Assembly (NCBI GenBank): GCA_965113315.1
Contig: OZ220369.1
DNA length: 64,000 nt
Direction: 5' to 3' (one strand)
From: Podarcis vaucheri
Taxonomy: Eukaryota
Part shown: positions 1-11,895 of the stretch, one piece after another
How the letters are laid out: each line of letters opens with the position of its first letter
Numbering within the stretch: the stretch's first letter is position 1
Position numbers and translations under genes: made by a program
The notes under the pieces: model-generated
Told to the model about the DNA's origin: nothing
Seen by the model: only the letters and a program-made list of their open reading frames with translations
Databases searched by the model: none

Positions 1-165
1 TGTGGGGAAGGGAGGGAAAAGATATTGTGAGTCTCTTTGAGACTCCTTAGGGTAGTGATAAAGCGGGAAATCAAATCCAAACTCTTCTTCTTCTTCTATA
101 AGCCGCCCAGAGTGGCTGGGGAAACCCAGCCAGATGGGTGGGGTATAAATAATAAAATTATTTAT
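1..165 (+). mobile_element. 3' tails of two squamate SINE/L2-like repeats
   Basis: A tail ending in (TTC)n at ~61-97 is followed by GCCGCCCAGAGTGGCTGGGGAAACCCAGCCAGATGGGTGGGGTATAAATAATAAA. The same motif recurs at ~29563-29630 and reversed at ~8935-8985. Confidence 0.55.
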
Positions 166-202
166 TTTCCCACAGGAAACACTGGGGATCACAGCTGTGC
201 AT

Positions 203-960
203 GGGTGTTGTAAGTCTTCATAGAACTGGTCAATTTCAGTTTCTTCAGCAGCAGTGGTTGGTGCATAAACTTGGATTACTGTGAAGTTAAAAGGTCTGCC
301 TTGGATTCGTATCAAGATCATTCTATCATTTTTGAGATTGCATCCCAGTATAGCTTTTGCCACTCTTTTGTTGACTATGAGGGCCACTCCATTTCTTTTA
401 CGGGATTCTTGCCCACAGTAGTAGATATGGTCATCCGAACTGAATTCGCCCATTCCCGTCCATTTTAGTTCACTGATGCCCAGGATGTCAATATTTATTC
501 TTGCCATCTCATTTTTGACCACATCCAATTTACCCAGGTTCATGGTTCTTACATTCCAGGTTCCTATGCAATATTTTCCTTTACAGCATTGGACTTTCCT
601 TTCGCTTCCAGGCATATCCACAACTGAGCGTCCTTTCGGCTTTGGCCCAGCCGCTTCATCAGCTCTGAATCTACTTGTACTTGTCCTCTGCTCTTCCTCA
701 GTAGCATGTTGGATGCCTTCCGACCTGAGGGGCTCATCTTCCAGAGTCATAACTTTTATATGCCTGTTGTCTTTGTCCATGGAGTTTTCTTGGCAGGGAT
801 ACTGGAGTGGCTTGCCGGTTCCTGCTCCAGGTGGATCACGTTTGGTCAAAACTCTCCACTATGACCTGTCCATCTTGGGTGGCCCTGCACGGCATAGCTC
901 ATAGCTTCTCTGAGTTATTCAAGCCCCTTTGCCACGGTAAGGCAGTGATCCATGAAGGGG
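203..960 (-). mobile_element. BovB (RTE-clade LINE) 5' fragment with N-terminal APE endonuclease coding region
   Basis: Minus-strand translation from ATG 780: MDKDNRH...KYCIGTWNVRTMNLGKLDVVKNEMARINIDILGISELKWTGMGEF...NGVALIV...RIQGRPFNFTVIQVYAPT...IDQFYEDLQH. These are typical RTE/BovB APE motifs. 781-960 resembles the BovB 5' region. Confidence 0.92.
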
Positions 961-1894
961 AACAATTCTTAGGACCCTTAACAAACTGAAGCTCCCAGAA
1001 TTATTTGTGGGAAGCCATGACTGTTTAAAGTTATATCACTGCTTTAAACGTATGGTGTGAATGTGGCCTGTCAGAAGGCACAGATCTCAAATTCTTGACT
1101 TTGCACTATACTTGCTCATAAGATCAGTTACACTTCCGACTCTTATTTTAATTTCTTTAATTTCTCTTTAGTGTGAATCTGTTTCTCACGCTCCAGGTTT
1201 TTGGATAGCTGGGAACTCTTTTTAAGACTGTGTGTGACTATGAATCATATTGGCCACCTGCATAACTGTAAAACTTGCTGTCCAAAGCAACACTCATATA
1301 CCCACTGTCTTTTGTTTCTGTGTAATAAACTAATATGTTTATACTTCCTGGTGTGACTACTTCTTAGCTGAGTATATGGGTGAAAGCTATATATGCATTT
1401 TAAATAGACACATGTCCTGACTCCATGCAAAAGGCTTCATTTCTCTCAGTAGGGTATTGCTGGCTTCATAGACATGATGTGGGTTCAAACGTACACCTCA
1501 TAACACACTTTTCTGATTTCTTCTGAGTGCACGGTGCTCACTGTATGAGTCAGCCACATAGGAAGCTGAACTGACATGTTTACTCCCAGGTGACAGATTA
1601 TCTCGACATAGCGGAAAATTGCTAAAGGAGTGACTCTCTTGACCCTCGCTGCTAGTAGCAATACATTTTTGAAGCTGAATTTTGTTGCATGTGTGGCCTG
1701 TCCCATCTGTGTTTGCGATGGAGGCACATGTTCAGACTTCTGATGCGGAGCAGGGAGGGGCAGTTTTATGTGGCAAACAGTTGCCAGGGGAAGGGCTGAG
1801 CTCTCCTTTTCCTCTGGCTGCTGCAAAGCTCCCTCTTCCAACAACTCTAGACCAAGAAGGGCCATTGGTCTAGTAGTGTTACACGCAGAATCTG

Positions 1895-2071
1895 CATAGC
1901 TGTCAACCTTCCCGTTTTTTGCGGGAAATTCCCTTATCCCAGCGCCGTTTCCCGTTGCTATCCTGGATTGTTAGATATCCCGTAGACGGTCCCCGGGACA
2001 GGGGAGGCAGCTGATCCCTTATTTTCGAGGCTGCTGATCCCTATTTTCAAATCTGAAAGTTGACAGCTATG
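1895..2071. mobile_element. hAT-type MITE
   Basis: TIRs CATAGCTGTCAAC / GTTGACAGCTATG; perfect 8-bp TSD AGAATCTG at 1887-1894 and 2072-2079. Confidence 0.85.
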
Positions 2072-2187
2072 AGAATCTGGCCAAGATCATCATGGTGGAG
2101 GGACTCTTTATCTTAATGTTCTATCTTGGCTCACTTCTTGATGTGCTAGCTTTCAACTTGCAGAGCTTATGGGATGATGCTGATGCT

Positions 2188-2412
2188 GAGAGCCAGTGTG
2201 GTGTAACGGTCTGTTATCATGTGAGACTAGCAGCAGGGAGACTGGTGTCCAAAATCCCAACTCGGCCACACGGAAATCACACGCTGGGTGACTTGGTTCG
2301 GGCCAGTAACCAGCCCAACCCACCTCGCAGGGCTGTTGTGAGGATTACTAAATGAGAGCGAACCGTGTGGCCCACCTTGAATCCCATGGAGGAAACAGTG
2401 GGATAGAAATGC
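2188..2412 (+). mobile_element. tRNA-derived squamate SINE (MIR/Squam-like)
   Basis: A-box-like GTGTGGTGTAACGG, B-box-like GTCCAAAATCC, core CTGGGTGACTTGG...CACCTCGCAGGGCTGTTGTGAGGAT, and an L2-like tail. Confidence 0.6.
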
Positions 2413-2439
2413 AAGGAAAAATGCTGGTAATGAGCCCCT

Positions 2440-3000
2440 CTCGCCCCGCCCCGCCCTCAGGCCTGGCTTCCTAAACAATCGCCGCCTCCCCTTGGCCCCG
2501 CCCCCTTTCCTCCCGCGCGCCGCGCCTTCCTCCCCTCCCTCACAACGACCGCTCCCGTCACCCGGGGCAACGGCTTTGAGGCGGGAGGGGGTGACGGCGA
2601 CAGAGGCGCGGGGCGGCGAGGGGACTGTGAGCGCAGCGGAGGCCCCACCCACCTCCCGGAGCAGCGCCGCCGCCGCCGCCGCCGCCGCTCAACCCCCTGG
2701 TCCGTCCGTCGGTGTGCCCTCGTCGCCGTGTTCCCCTCCTTCCCTCTCTGGGTCCCGCGTGGGGGACTGGCAGGCGGAGGAGGAGGAGGCTGAGGCGGGT
2801 CACAAGACTTGCGGGGGGAGGAGGAAGGGGCACGAGGAACGCCGAAAGGAGGCCTTATTATGGGGTGAGTCCGAGGGGGCCAGAGGAGGGGAAGGGGCGG
2901 AGGACCCGGGCCGAAACTGGAGCCACGCCACGGGGACAGTTCGGGAAAGCAAGGCGAGGCGGGGGACCTCTGAGCGCGCGCAGAGCGCTCCCACAAAGTA
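2440..3000. promoter_or_regulatory. CpG island; probable (bidirectional) promoter and non-coding first exon of the C16orf46-like gene
   Basis: Very GC/CpG-rich, with GC boxes and (CGC)8 at 2665-2688. Plus-strand donor GGG|GTGAGT at 2864/2865; minus-strand donor GAG|GTGGGT at 2653/2652. Confidence 0.75.
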
Positions 3001-3033
3001 ACTGGAACTCTTACTCAGCCCCAGTGTCTAGCC

Positions 3034-3444
3034 GAGTGTTTCCCAAACTTGGGTCACCAGCTGTGTTTGGACTACAACTCCCAGCATCCCAAGCTAGCAG
3101 AACCAGTGGTCACGGATGATGGGGATTGTAGTTCAGAAACAGCTGGAGACCCAAGTTTGGGAAACAGTGGTCTAGCCCAACCTTTCTCAACCTTGGTTCC
3201 ACAGATGTTGTTGGACTACAACACCCATCATTTTTAGCCAGCAAGACCAGTGGGCAAGGATGAGGGAAGTTGTAGTACAACATCTGTGGACCTAAGGATG
3301 AGAAAGGTTGGGGTTTCCCAAACTTGGGTCTCCAGCTGTTTTTGAACTGCAGTTCTTGTCATCCCTGACCACTGTTCCTGCTAGCTAGGGATGGTGGGAG
3401 TTGTAGTCCAAAAGCAGCTGGAGGGCCAAGTTTGGGAAACACTG
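3034..3444. mobile_element. three abutting hAT-type MITEs
   Basis: Elements at 3034-3169, 3178-3310 and ~3311-3444, each with TIRs and the GACTACAACTCCC-type core. The target 8-mer GTCTAGCC occurs at 3026-3033 and 3170-3177, and GGCTAGCC at 3445-3452. Confidence 0.8.
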
Positions 3445-4297
3445 GGCTAGCCATACACAACTGGGATTTTTAAAAAGAAGGGTGTTCCTGACCAGCCCCA
3501 ATGTCTTCCCATAGGTAACAGGTGCTTTAAGACAAGGGTGGCCCTGACCGTGCACAGTCACTGCCATCCACCCTCCTGCAAGTTACTGGGACATGTCAGC
3601 AAGTTCTGAAATGAGGGGCTGAGCTATGGGCATGGTTGCTGTGAGAACACTTGACAGCTTGTTTTCTGAACAACAGTGTAACTGAGGGAGGAATAGTCTT
3701 CTAAAAGAAAAAGAAATGGTATTAAATTATGGGAAGGAAGAACATATGGGGGAAGTAGGGAAAGACAGAGGTGAAGCTAAGGGTGAAGACAGCAGTTCAT
3801 TATACTGCAGGGTACTCAACGTTTTGGGGCCTGAGAGTATATTTGGAAATGGAAGAAAAACTCATGGGCATCACATGCTACCCATTTCATATAAGAACTG
3901 CCAATGCTCAGACCCTGCTCCTTGTCCAATCCAGGCAAAACATCCCCAAAATTAATAAAATAGTTTGCAGACCCCAGCATTATGTAAGGTGGTGAAAATT
4001 TTAATGCTCTTCTCTTCATTGAAGACAAATGCCTAGCAATGCAATCTTTTCACTGGACTTTAGGAAACAGGTTTCCATCACACTTTAGAACTGATGTTTG
4101 CTTTCATTCTAAGGCAGGGGTGGACAACCTTACTGTTCCTCAGGGGCACATGTAGCTGATGGGCGATACTCGGGGAACTTGTGCCAGTTTGTGTGGCTGG
4201 TCCAGTCTCGGCAGTGGGCTGGAGCATTAACATCCACATACCCAACTTACACCCACATCAAACCACAGGATTTTTTTGGAAGATGGGGACAAAGTAA

Positions 4298-4551
4298 TAC
4301 AGTCGTAGCTTGGATCCCAAACGCCTTGTGAGTTGAACGTTTTGGCTCCCAAACTCCGCAAACACGGAAGTGAGCGTTCCGGTTTGTGAACGTTCTTTGG
4401 AACCTGAATGTCTGAAGGGGCTTCCTCGGCTTCCAATTGGCTGCAGAAGCTTCCTGCAGCCAATCGGAAGCCACGCCTTGGTTTCCGAACGTTTTGGAAG
4501 TTGAACGGACTTTCAGGACAGATTCCGTTTGACTTCCGAGGTACCACTGTA
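4298..4551. mobile_element. Tc1/mariner-pogo-type MITE
   Basis: TA-flanked degenerate TIRs CAGTCGTAGCTTGG / CCGAGGTACCACTG; same family as the elements at 32016 and 33204. Confidence 0.8.
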
Positions 4552-4701
4552 TAGGGATGATATCTGTAAATAAATTCCCATTTCTTTGATCTATTTGAAG
4601 CATCTTGGGCTTCTGGGTGTAGTCTTTCTGAGGGAAGGGTCCCAGTTAATTAGTATAATGTGCCACCAGTGTGGAGAGCCTGCTACAGGATTGCTCCAGG
4701 T

Positions 4702-5039
4702 CAGGGGTTGGCAACCTAAGGCCCATGGCCCGGAAGTGGCTCACATAGGCTGTTTAACAGGCCCACGAGCCGCCAGCTTGGCAAGTCCCTGCGCGCTGTG
4801 TTAAACCCACGTGGTGCGAGGACTCTCTTCCGTGGCTCCAGAAATCGCTTCTGCACATGCGCAGATGCCGGAAATTGCTTCTGCGCAGGCGTGATTTTTT
4901 GTGTCTGGGCATGCGCAGAAGCGATTCCCGGTGCCACAGGCATGCACAGACATGATTTCTCGCATTGCACCGGCCCGGCCCACGGAGGATCTCCGCAGGA
5001 GTGATCCGGCACATGCCTGGTAAGCCTTGCTGACCCCTG
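4702..5039. mobile_element. hAT-type MITE
   Basis: TIRs CAGGGGTTGGCAA / TTGCTGACCCCTG; internal GCATGCGCAGA repeats; degenerate 8-bp TSD (CTCCAGGT / TTCAAGGT). Confidence 0.75.
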
Positions 5040-6115
5040 TTCAAGGTCATAGAAATGGTGCAAAAATGAACTTTGTAGCAGCAGCTGGATAGTTTTCCAA
5101 TATGTACATTATCTAATGTTAGGAAAACTAGGCCCTCGGCTGTGATTGGCAAAAATCTGCCTTGTAACCAGGCTTTTTGGTATTAATAAGTAGCCTTTGA
5201 CTTAGTTTGGGGGCCCCCATTCAGATGAAGGATTGTGTTGCAATGACCTGGATGTAGCTTGCTGGTGGGATCTGTGACTACGGGGTTGATGGTAGTGTGA
5301 GGCAAGCTAATGCTGTTCTTTTTGGTCTGTACCTGAATTCCCAAAAGTGTTTTTGTTTCTTAAATTGTAATTTTTAGTATGAAAAGGATTCTATTTTAGT
5401 CTTGTGGTCTCTTAATAAAGTATTTGTCTTTATCTATTGCTGTGGCTTCTTGTGGTAGGCCTTTGCTCTAAATGTGGCACCTGGTTTTCACTACTGAGTA
5501 ATTTGTGGGTTTGGGGCTTGGAGAACAAGGAGTGGATATTTGGCTCTTGGCTAGTTGAATTTCAAGGGCTCCAAAAAGAAATCTGAGTGTCCCCTGACTT
5601 AGATTTGGAAAACTTTTCAGGAGTGGAGGCTGGGCAGGATTGATTTTCCCTGGGCATCATTCAGCTTGGCTGCAGAGTTGAGAAATTAGCCCTGGGTAGA
5701 AAGGAATAATACCTGCTCCTTTGTTCAAGGCTAGAAGGGGTGAGATAGGACTAAGGAATGCTTACCATCATAGCTCCCATCTCAAAACAAAATTTTATTC
5801 AATCCCTTCTTTATCATACAAGTCTAGAAATAAGTTGGGTGCTGTGATGCAGAGCTGCTATGCAGTTCCTGAGTCAGCAGGACTCCTGTCCGGTGGGGTA
5901 AAAAAGCATGTCCTTGTATTCTGTTAAAGGATTTTAGAGGTAAAAATTACTTGTTATCACCCAGCAGCAGCTGGTCAGTAAAAAAATAAACATACCAATT
6001 TGTTTCATTCATGCTATTATAAAATAAATTGTCTAACTGCAGTATTATTACTTTTTTTAAAAAAATCCTTAAAACACAGGCAGAGCGCGTGTAACCTACA
6101 GAGTCAGCAAGTGTA

Positions 6116-6325
6116 ATGACTTCCTCTGAACAGAAGCAAAAGGAAATAGAGTCTGAAAGAGTCGCTGGAAATACAAGAATTGTGGAAACAGAATTGCGCT
6201 GCACCTACCCAAATGAGAGGCGGGAGAGGAATCAGATTTACACCCTTCTAAGCATCAGTAACAGCATAAATGAACAAGAGGAAAGGTCCTTGGATTGTAC
6301 TAATGGAACAGGATGGGAGGAAGCT
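6116..6325 (+). CDS. C16orf46: C16orf46-like protein, coding exon 1 (CDS join 6116-6325, 11896-13050; 454 aa)
   Basis: Acceptor CAG at 6079, ATG at 6116, 70 codons ending GTGWEEA|GTGAGT. Joined to the next exon it gives GTGWEEAVQGWG, the conserved C16orf46 motif. Synteny next to ATMIN. Confidence 0.88.
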
Positions 6326-7309
6326 GTGAGTAAGAATTTTATGTTGTGAACATTTATACTCTCAGTCACCAATTATCCATTAAAAAGAATCTGCCATAAT
6401 ATAGTGTAGTTTATAAATGGGCACCACTTGTCTCCTAGGGGCTGGTTCAAATGTAGTATAAGTTGAAGCATCTTGTGTTCAAATGTGCATTCTGATGAAT
6501 ATAAGAATTATATCCTTGGTTTCAAATCCATCAGGTGATACCGTTGCAGAAGTCCATTTAGTTATAGAGGTCTCTCTTGCTGAATCTTTTCAATATAAAT
6601 GTTGCAGCTGTGGATGAATGCACCTTCCCTCACCTTAAGTTGCAATACTACCTATAGCCCTGCCTAGACAGAGTTAGCTTTGCCTTGTCCATACATGCTG
6701 TGGAAAATCCAAGTCCGACTACTCTAGTGGACTTGGAGAGGCCTTTGGAAACTATTTGTTATCTTCAATTACTTCAGAATATGGCAACTAAACTGTTGAC
6801 TGGAACAAGCCACTTGGAATGTAGCCTGCCAATTTTCTGTGGCTTCTAATTTGATTCCAAGGATTTTCCAAGATACTGGTTGTGACAGGTTTTAACATAT
6901 AAAATCTCATATGGCTTCGGACCAGAGTATCTGAAGGCTTGACTGCTCCTATATGAACCTGCTTGATTTTTAAGACATTCATCAGAGGCCTTGCTTTGGG
7001 TGCTTCCACTTTCAGATGGAAAGTGGGTGGCAATCAGATAGTAGTATCCTGGTTTTGGAAGATTTTCTCCAGGGACAAATTGACTGGCACGTACTCTTAG
7101 CCTTTAGAATGAGGTTGTATTCTCCTGTATTCAACTGTATTCTCCTGAATTTTTAATTAATTGTTTTAACATTTCCTTTGCTGCTGAGTACGTTTGTTGA
7201 CATTCTTGCGGTTTGTATTGTTTCTGTACTGTAGTTCTTAAACTTTCTTAGCTGCTTAGAAAGTTTATATACTCAGATGTGGGAGAAAATTATTTTAAAG
7301 AAAATATTT

Positions 7310-7440
7310 AAAAACAAAACTCTTGTGATACATCCATTTAACGTGATAAAAACATTTAGGAGATAGACCGAGCTTTAATCCATAAAAACCTATGCCATGA
7401 TAAACGTGTTAATCTTTAAGGAATGGCAAGAATCTTGTTG
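7310..7440. mobile_element. degenerate Penelope-like terminal remnant
   Basis: CCATAAAAACCTATGCCATGATAAACGTGTTAATCTTTAAGG resembles a decayed version of the CACGAAAGCTTAT...GTCTTTAAGGTGC terminus at 58258-58305. Confidence 0.4.
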
Positions 7441-7628
7441 ATCTATTTACAAAGGAATTAATAAAAATAAATTATAGGTATTAATCATTTCACCCTGTCC
7501 AGACTAAAGTCAGTGGTGTTGGGTTCCTAAATTTACATAAAATATAATCCTTAAATTAGACAATGCTTTTGATGAAATTATTATAATTATAGTATTTGTG
7601 ATTTGGTTCAGGTTAGTATATGAAGCCT

Positions 7629-7981
7629 GGGACATAGGTGGCACTGTGCGTTAAACCACAGAGCCTAGGGCTTGCCGATCGAAAGGTTGGCAGTTCGAAT
7701 CCCTGTGATGGGGTGAGCTCCCGTTGCTTGGTCCCTGCTCCTGTCAACCTAGCAGTTGGAAAGCACGAAGTGCAAGTAGATAAATAGGTACCACTCCAGC
7801 GGGAAGGTAAATGGTGTTTCCATGAGCTGCTCTGGTTCACCAGAAGTGGCTTAGTCATTCTGGCCACATGATCCGGAAGCTGTACGCCGGCTCCCTTGGC
7901 CAATAAAGCGAGATGAGCGCCACAACCCCAGAGTTGGCCACGACTGGACCTAATGGTCAGGGTTCCCTTTACCCCTTTACC
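7629..7981 (+). mobile_element. Sauria SINE, near full length
   Basis: GGGACATAGGTGGCACTGTG head, GTTCGAATCC B box, AGATAAATAGGTACC core, ACC(C)TTT tail; TSD TTAGTATATG(A/T)AGC at 7613 and 7982. Confidence 0.9.
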
Positions 7982-8984
7982 TTAGTATATGTAGCAATAC
8001 TTTAATTCTTTGCTCAGGGTACTCTACACTTTCCCATTATATGTCATTTTAAAGATGTGCAGCTGGCGCTATGCATGGAAATAAGTCAGCCTGCATTTAC
8101 AGGGGCTTATGCCCAAGTAAGTCTTCATATGACTGCAGTTAATTGTGTAATTACTTTTACAGTTTTCTTGTATTTTGGATTGTGAAGCAAATGTCAAAGC
8201 TTTTCTTCCTACTGCCATGCTATTGTTACTCTATTTTTAGGCTCATGTTTACTACATTTTTTTGAGCTCTGCTTTGTGTCCTGATATCTGTATCTAATTA
8301 AGAAGCCCTGCGGTTATGTCCACATGGTACTTATTTTTAGGGCTGCAGTCCTGCCAGTGGCTTCATCCAGAGTCCATCCTTTCCTTGTATACATGCTTTG
8401 CATTTCCTAGCTTATAACACCTTGCAAGTGTTGGGGGAAGAGAATGACCAGCAAGGTCTAGTGATGCTTTCTTGTGAGAGGGAGCAATCCGAGCCACCTT
8501 GAAGGAAGCAGATATGTACCTTCTCTTAACCTGCAGACTGTTCCATCTATTAGTTGCTAATTTCTCATTTGTGAATAAAAGCTACCCAGTAGGTAATTAT
8601 CACAACCCTGATTGCAATCCTGCTATTTTTCCTAAATTTCTCAGCAGGTTTTGTTACCATCAGTTATGATATTATTCTGGTGTATATTTCCAGGGACATT
8701 GTGCTTCAGTTCCTATGTGGAGAGCCATTTCAGAATGTGGTGCTGAGAGATCATCACTATTGTATTATGCAGGGATTTATTTTGTCTCTTATGCTGTTTA
8801 GAATCTCTTCTGTATGAAAATCCTGAGGTCCTTTGGGATCCTGGAGTAAGGTGCCATCCGTATGCTGCTGACATTTTCTTGTAAAATTCAGAAGTGGTGG
8901 TGGATAAGATGAACTGATGTCTGAAATGAGTAATAATAATAATAATAAATTTATTATTTATACCCTGTCCATCTGGCTGGGTTG

Positions 8985-9660
8985 CATGAACTGGATGCAT
9001 GCTAACTAACTGAAGCTCAATCCAGACAAGATGGAGGTACTGATTATAATTGGTTTATAAGTGGTTTAGCCTGATACGTTGAGTCTATTTTGGGTGGTTT
9101 TGCATTTCCTTGAAGAATTAGGTGCAGAGCTTGGAGATTTGTTTAGATCTATTCTTATATCTGGATCCCCAAGTGAGATGTTGCATGAAGCACTTTCTGC
9201 CAGTTTCAGCTGCTATGCCAGTTTTCACCCCTCCTCTTGATGACTCTCTTATGTTAAGCTAATGCAGCGTCTTCATAGAATCATAGAATTGTAGTGTTGG
9301 AAGGGACCCTGAGGATCATCTAGTCCAACCCCTTACAAAGCAGGAATATGCAGCTGTCCCATAAGGAGATCGAACCTGCAACCTTGGCATTATCATGCTC
9401 TAATCAACTGACCTATCCAGACTCAGATGGAAGGGGATGCCTTAGAAGACTACTGAGAAGCCACAACTAGCCCATAATATGTTTGGTCGAATGGAACGCA
9501 TTACACAAGTGCATAAACATATTCAGTGGTTAGATGTCTATTTCCAAATACAATTCATAGTGCTGTTGTTAACCTTTAAAGCTGTGTAGCTCAGGTTGCA
9601 GATATCTGCAGGACCGCTGCCTGAATGCTGAGATTCTCTTCAAAGGCCCTTCTGTGGGTG
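8985..9660 (+). mobile_element. decayed L2-like LINE RT-region fragment
   Basis: ACTGAAGCTCAATCCAGACAAGATGGAGGTACT (LKLNPDK.E.L-like) plus further degenerate L2 3' sequence; interrupted by a SINE. Confidence 0.6.
9274..9420 (-). mobile_element. tRNA-derived SINE with CR1-type tail
   Basis: Reversed (ATTCTATG)n tail CATAGAATCATAGAAT, then TTGGAAGGGACC...ATCTAGTCCAACCCC and a reversed tRNA-like head GATCGAACC. Confidence 0.7.
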
Positions 9661-10864
9661 TACTTTGCCTGTTTTATATCCTACTTTTTGAGGCAAAAGA
9701 CATTTTTAAAGCAGCTTACAATGTAGCAGAGCAAGTATAACAATTTCAAAACAATAAAAATTCAGTTCTATTAACTAAGATTCTAGTTAGGAGATAATGC
9801 ATCCTGATTCAGAGAAAAAAATTGGACTGGATCATCTTTGAAGGAGTTTGCCATAGTGTGGTCTGGTTTTGTCATAATCAGGAATGTGACAGTAGGCTAC
9901 TATGCAATGGTTGTCTTTCATGGGCATGAGGATATAGTTTACGTTACTCCAGTGGACCAGGAATTATTGACCAAACAGCAAAGCTGTCCTTGAAGAACAC
10001 TTTCACATAGTCAGGAGTGCATGATCCAACTTTCCATCTTGTATTCAAACTTGGGCTCATAACAGGCACCACTGGAGAAGTTACTGTGGAAGGCATTTAT
10101 GCTGACAGACTAGTAGGTGGCAGCTTTCAGAACCATAACTGTTCCCAGAAGCAAAGTTAACATAACCTAAGGGTTTGCTTACAAGAGCTCAGCCTGGCTG
10201 CTGTGATGGTACCTATTTTGGCTTTTGTATGGTACATAGGACTCCATGCTAGCAATGCCACCATGCTTCAGTGTTTTGCCTGGCACGGATTATTCAGACT
10301 TTTTTTGCTTTGGGTGAAGTTCTTTCTATTTATGACTGTCTTTACAGATAGACCAATCAGATTTCTGGACACCAAGTACAGGGCCTTTTCAGTGATAGTC
10401 CTGCATCTTTGGAAGTCCCTCCCATAAGAACCTCCTGGCCTCCTGCTTCAGAGTTTTCAGAGGGCCTTAAAGAGTTTTTGTTGTTGTTGTGTGCAACTTT
10501 TTGGGGATGGTGTTGCTGGCTTTTATTTGTTTCATGTGCTCTATTCTGTTGTTTATATTAATTGTGGTGTGGTTTTAGGATATTGGTTTAAATGTGATGG
10601 TACACTGCCTTAGGACGACTTGTCCTTAAAACTGAATTGAAAATAACTTGTGAGTTTACTGCAAGGTGATCTGAGAACTTCATGGTAGATATAATATTCA
10701 CTATTTTTAAAAAAAACCCCTGAAAGGATTGATCAGAACACTTGTTGTGCCAGGGTGAGATTACGCAGCCTTCACAGCTGACTTCCTACTACTGGCAATG
10801 GGGATGTTCTGGAGAAAAGCAACTTGTGTTTTCTAGAGGTACAGCACCTCCAGTTGTGCACTGA

Positions 10865-10903
10865 AGTACAGTACAGTACAGTACAGTACAGTACAGTACA
10901 GTA
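10865..10903. repeat. (AGTAC)n microsatellite
   Basis: About 8 tandem pentamers. Confidence 0.95.
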
Positions 10904-11895
10904 TAGTGTGTCTATGGAGCACTGAAGTACAGATAATTGCTTTAGCCCATTGTCTGCTTTTTTAAAAAGCAAGTCTCGTCCTTTCTTCTATAAAATATTT
11001 TATACTTTCTATTACTTAAAAGAAAATTCAGTACTGAGGCTAGAATCCCATTGTCCCTAGGAGGGTGTGCCAGGGGGCCACTGGATGTTTCAAATCTCCA
11101 AGTTGAGGGCGGAGAACCTCATAAGGCCTCTTCCAGCCACTATGGAAGTCACTGTGGCCATTTGTCTTACCAATGTCAGAGTTCAAATGTTGGTTGGAGC
11201 AAAGAAAGGGGTTGGTTTGGATCTAAATCCTTTCCATATCCCTGACTCCACCCCTGCCCAATAAATAAATTGAGATAAATAAATGTCAGCCTTGGAACTG
11301 ACATATGTATTTTCCTTTCTACTGGAAACATTCGGAAAGAAATAATAAAAACTTAGAAGACAAGCACTTAGAAAGGACAAATAAAAAAGAGCACCACACT
11401 TTCCACCTTTTTGTTTTGCTACCATGTGCCCAGTAAAATGTCTTTGAGTTATTCAAACCCTCTGCCTTCTGCTGTCCCATTGGTAGGAATGCTGTGTTAG
11501 TGAAGAGCTCTAAAGAAAGCATTAAGAACATGAATAATAGCTTTTGGTCCTCCCATTTGAGACTAAAAATTAGCCATAATATGATATGCACAGCTTTGTT
11601 ATTTAAGTAGACTGGTATGAAACAAAAGTCGGGAGTTGACTTGTGCTGGACCTTCTTGTTTAGTACTAAACTATGACTCATTTAAGGTCTGCTCAACAGT
11701 CTTATCTGACTTTCTTGATAATGGGGCATTATTTTAAAACGGTCTAGGAACCTCATATCAATTACACTTTTTTTGAGCAGATAATATCTTTTCCTGCATA
11801 TTGGTCCACAGTTAAAATTAGCAAGAGATTACCAGTAAATCTAGTTGCTCTGCTGCTTAAAATACTAACTTATATTCACATCATTTTGCTCTCAG

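Noticed and set aside
476-904. 142-aa plus-strand ORF
   Set aside because: It is the antisense shadow of the BovB coding region.
2227-3119. Several overlapping 90-180 aa ORFs on both strands
   Set aside because: They are low-complexity Pro/Ala/Arg/Gly translations of a CpG island that is naturally poor in stop codons; most use non-ATG starts and show no recognisable homology.
5160-5700. Possible LTR-like segments here and at ~33530-34110
   Set aside because: TATA-like and AATAAA motifs are present, but I could not define termini, a TSD or a PBS.
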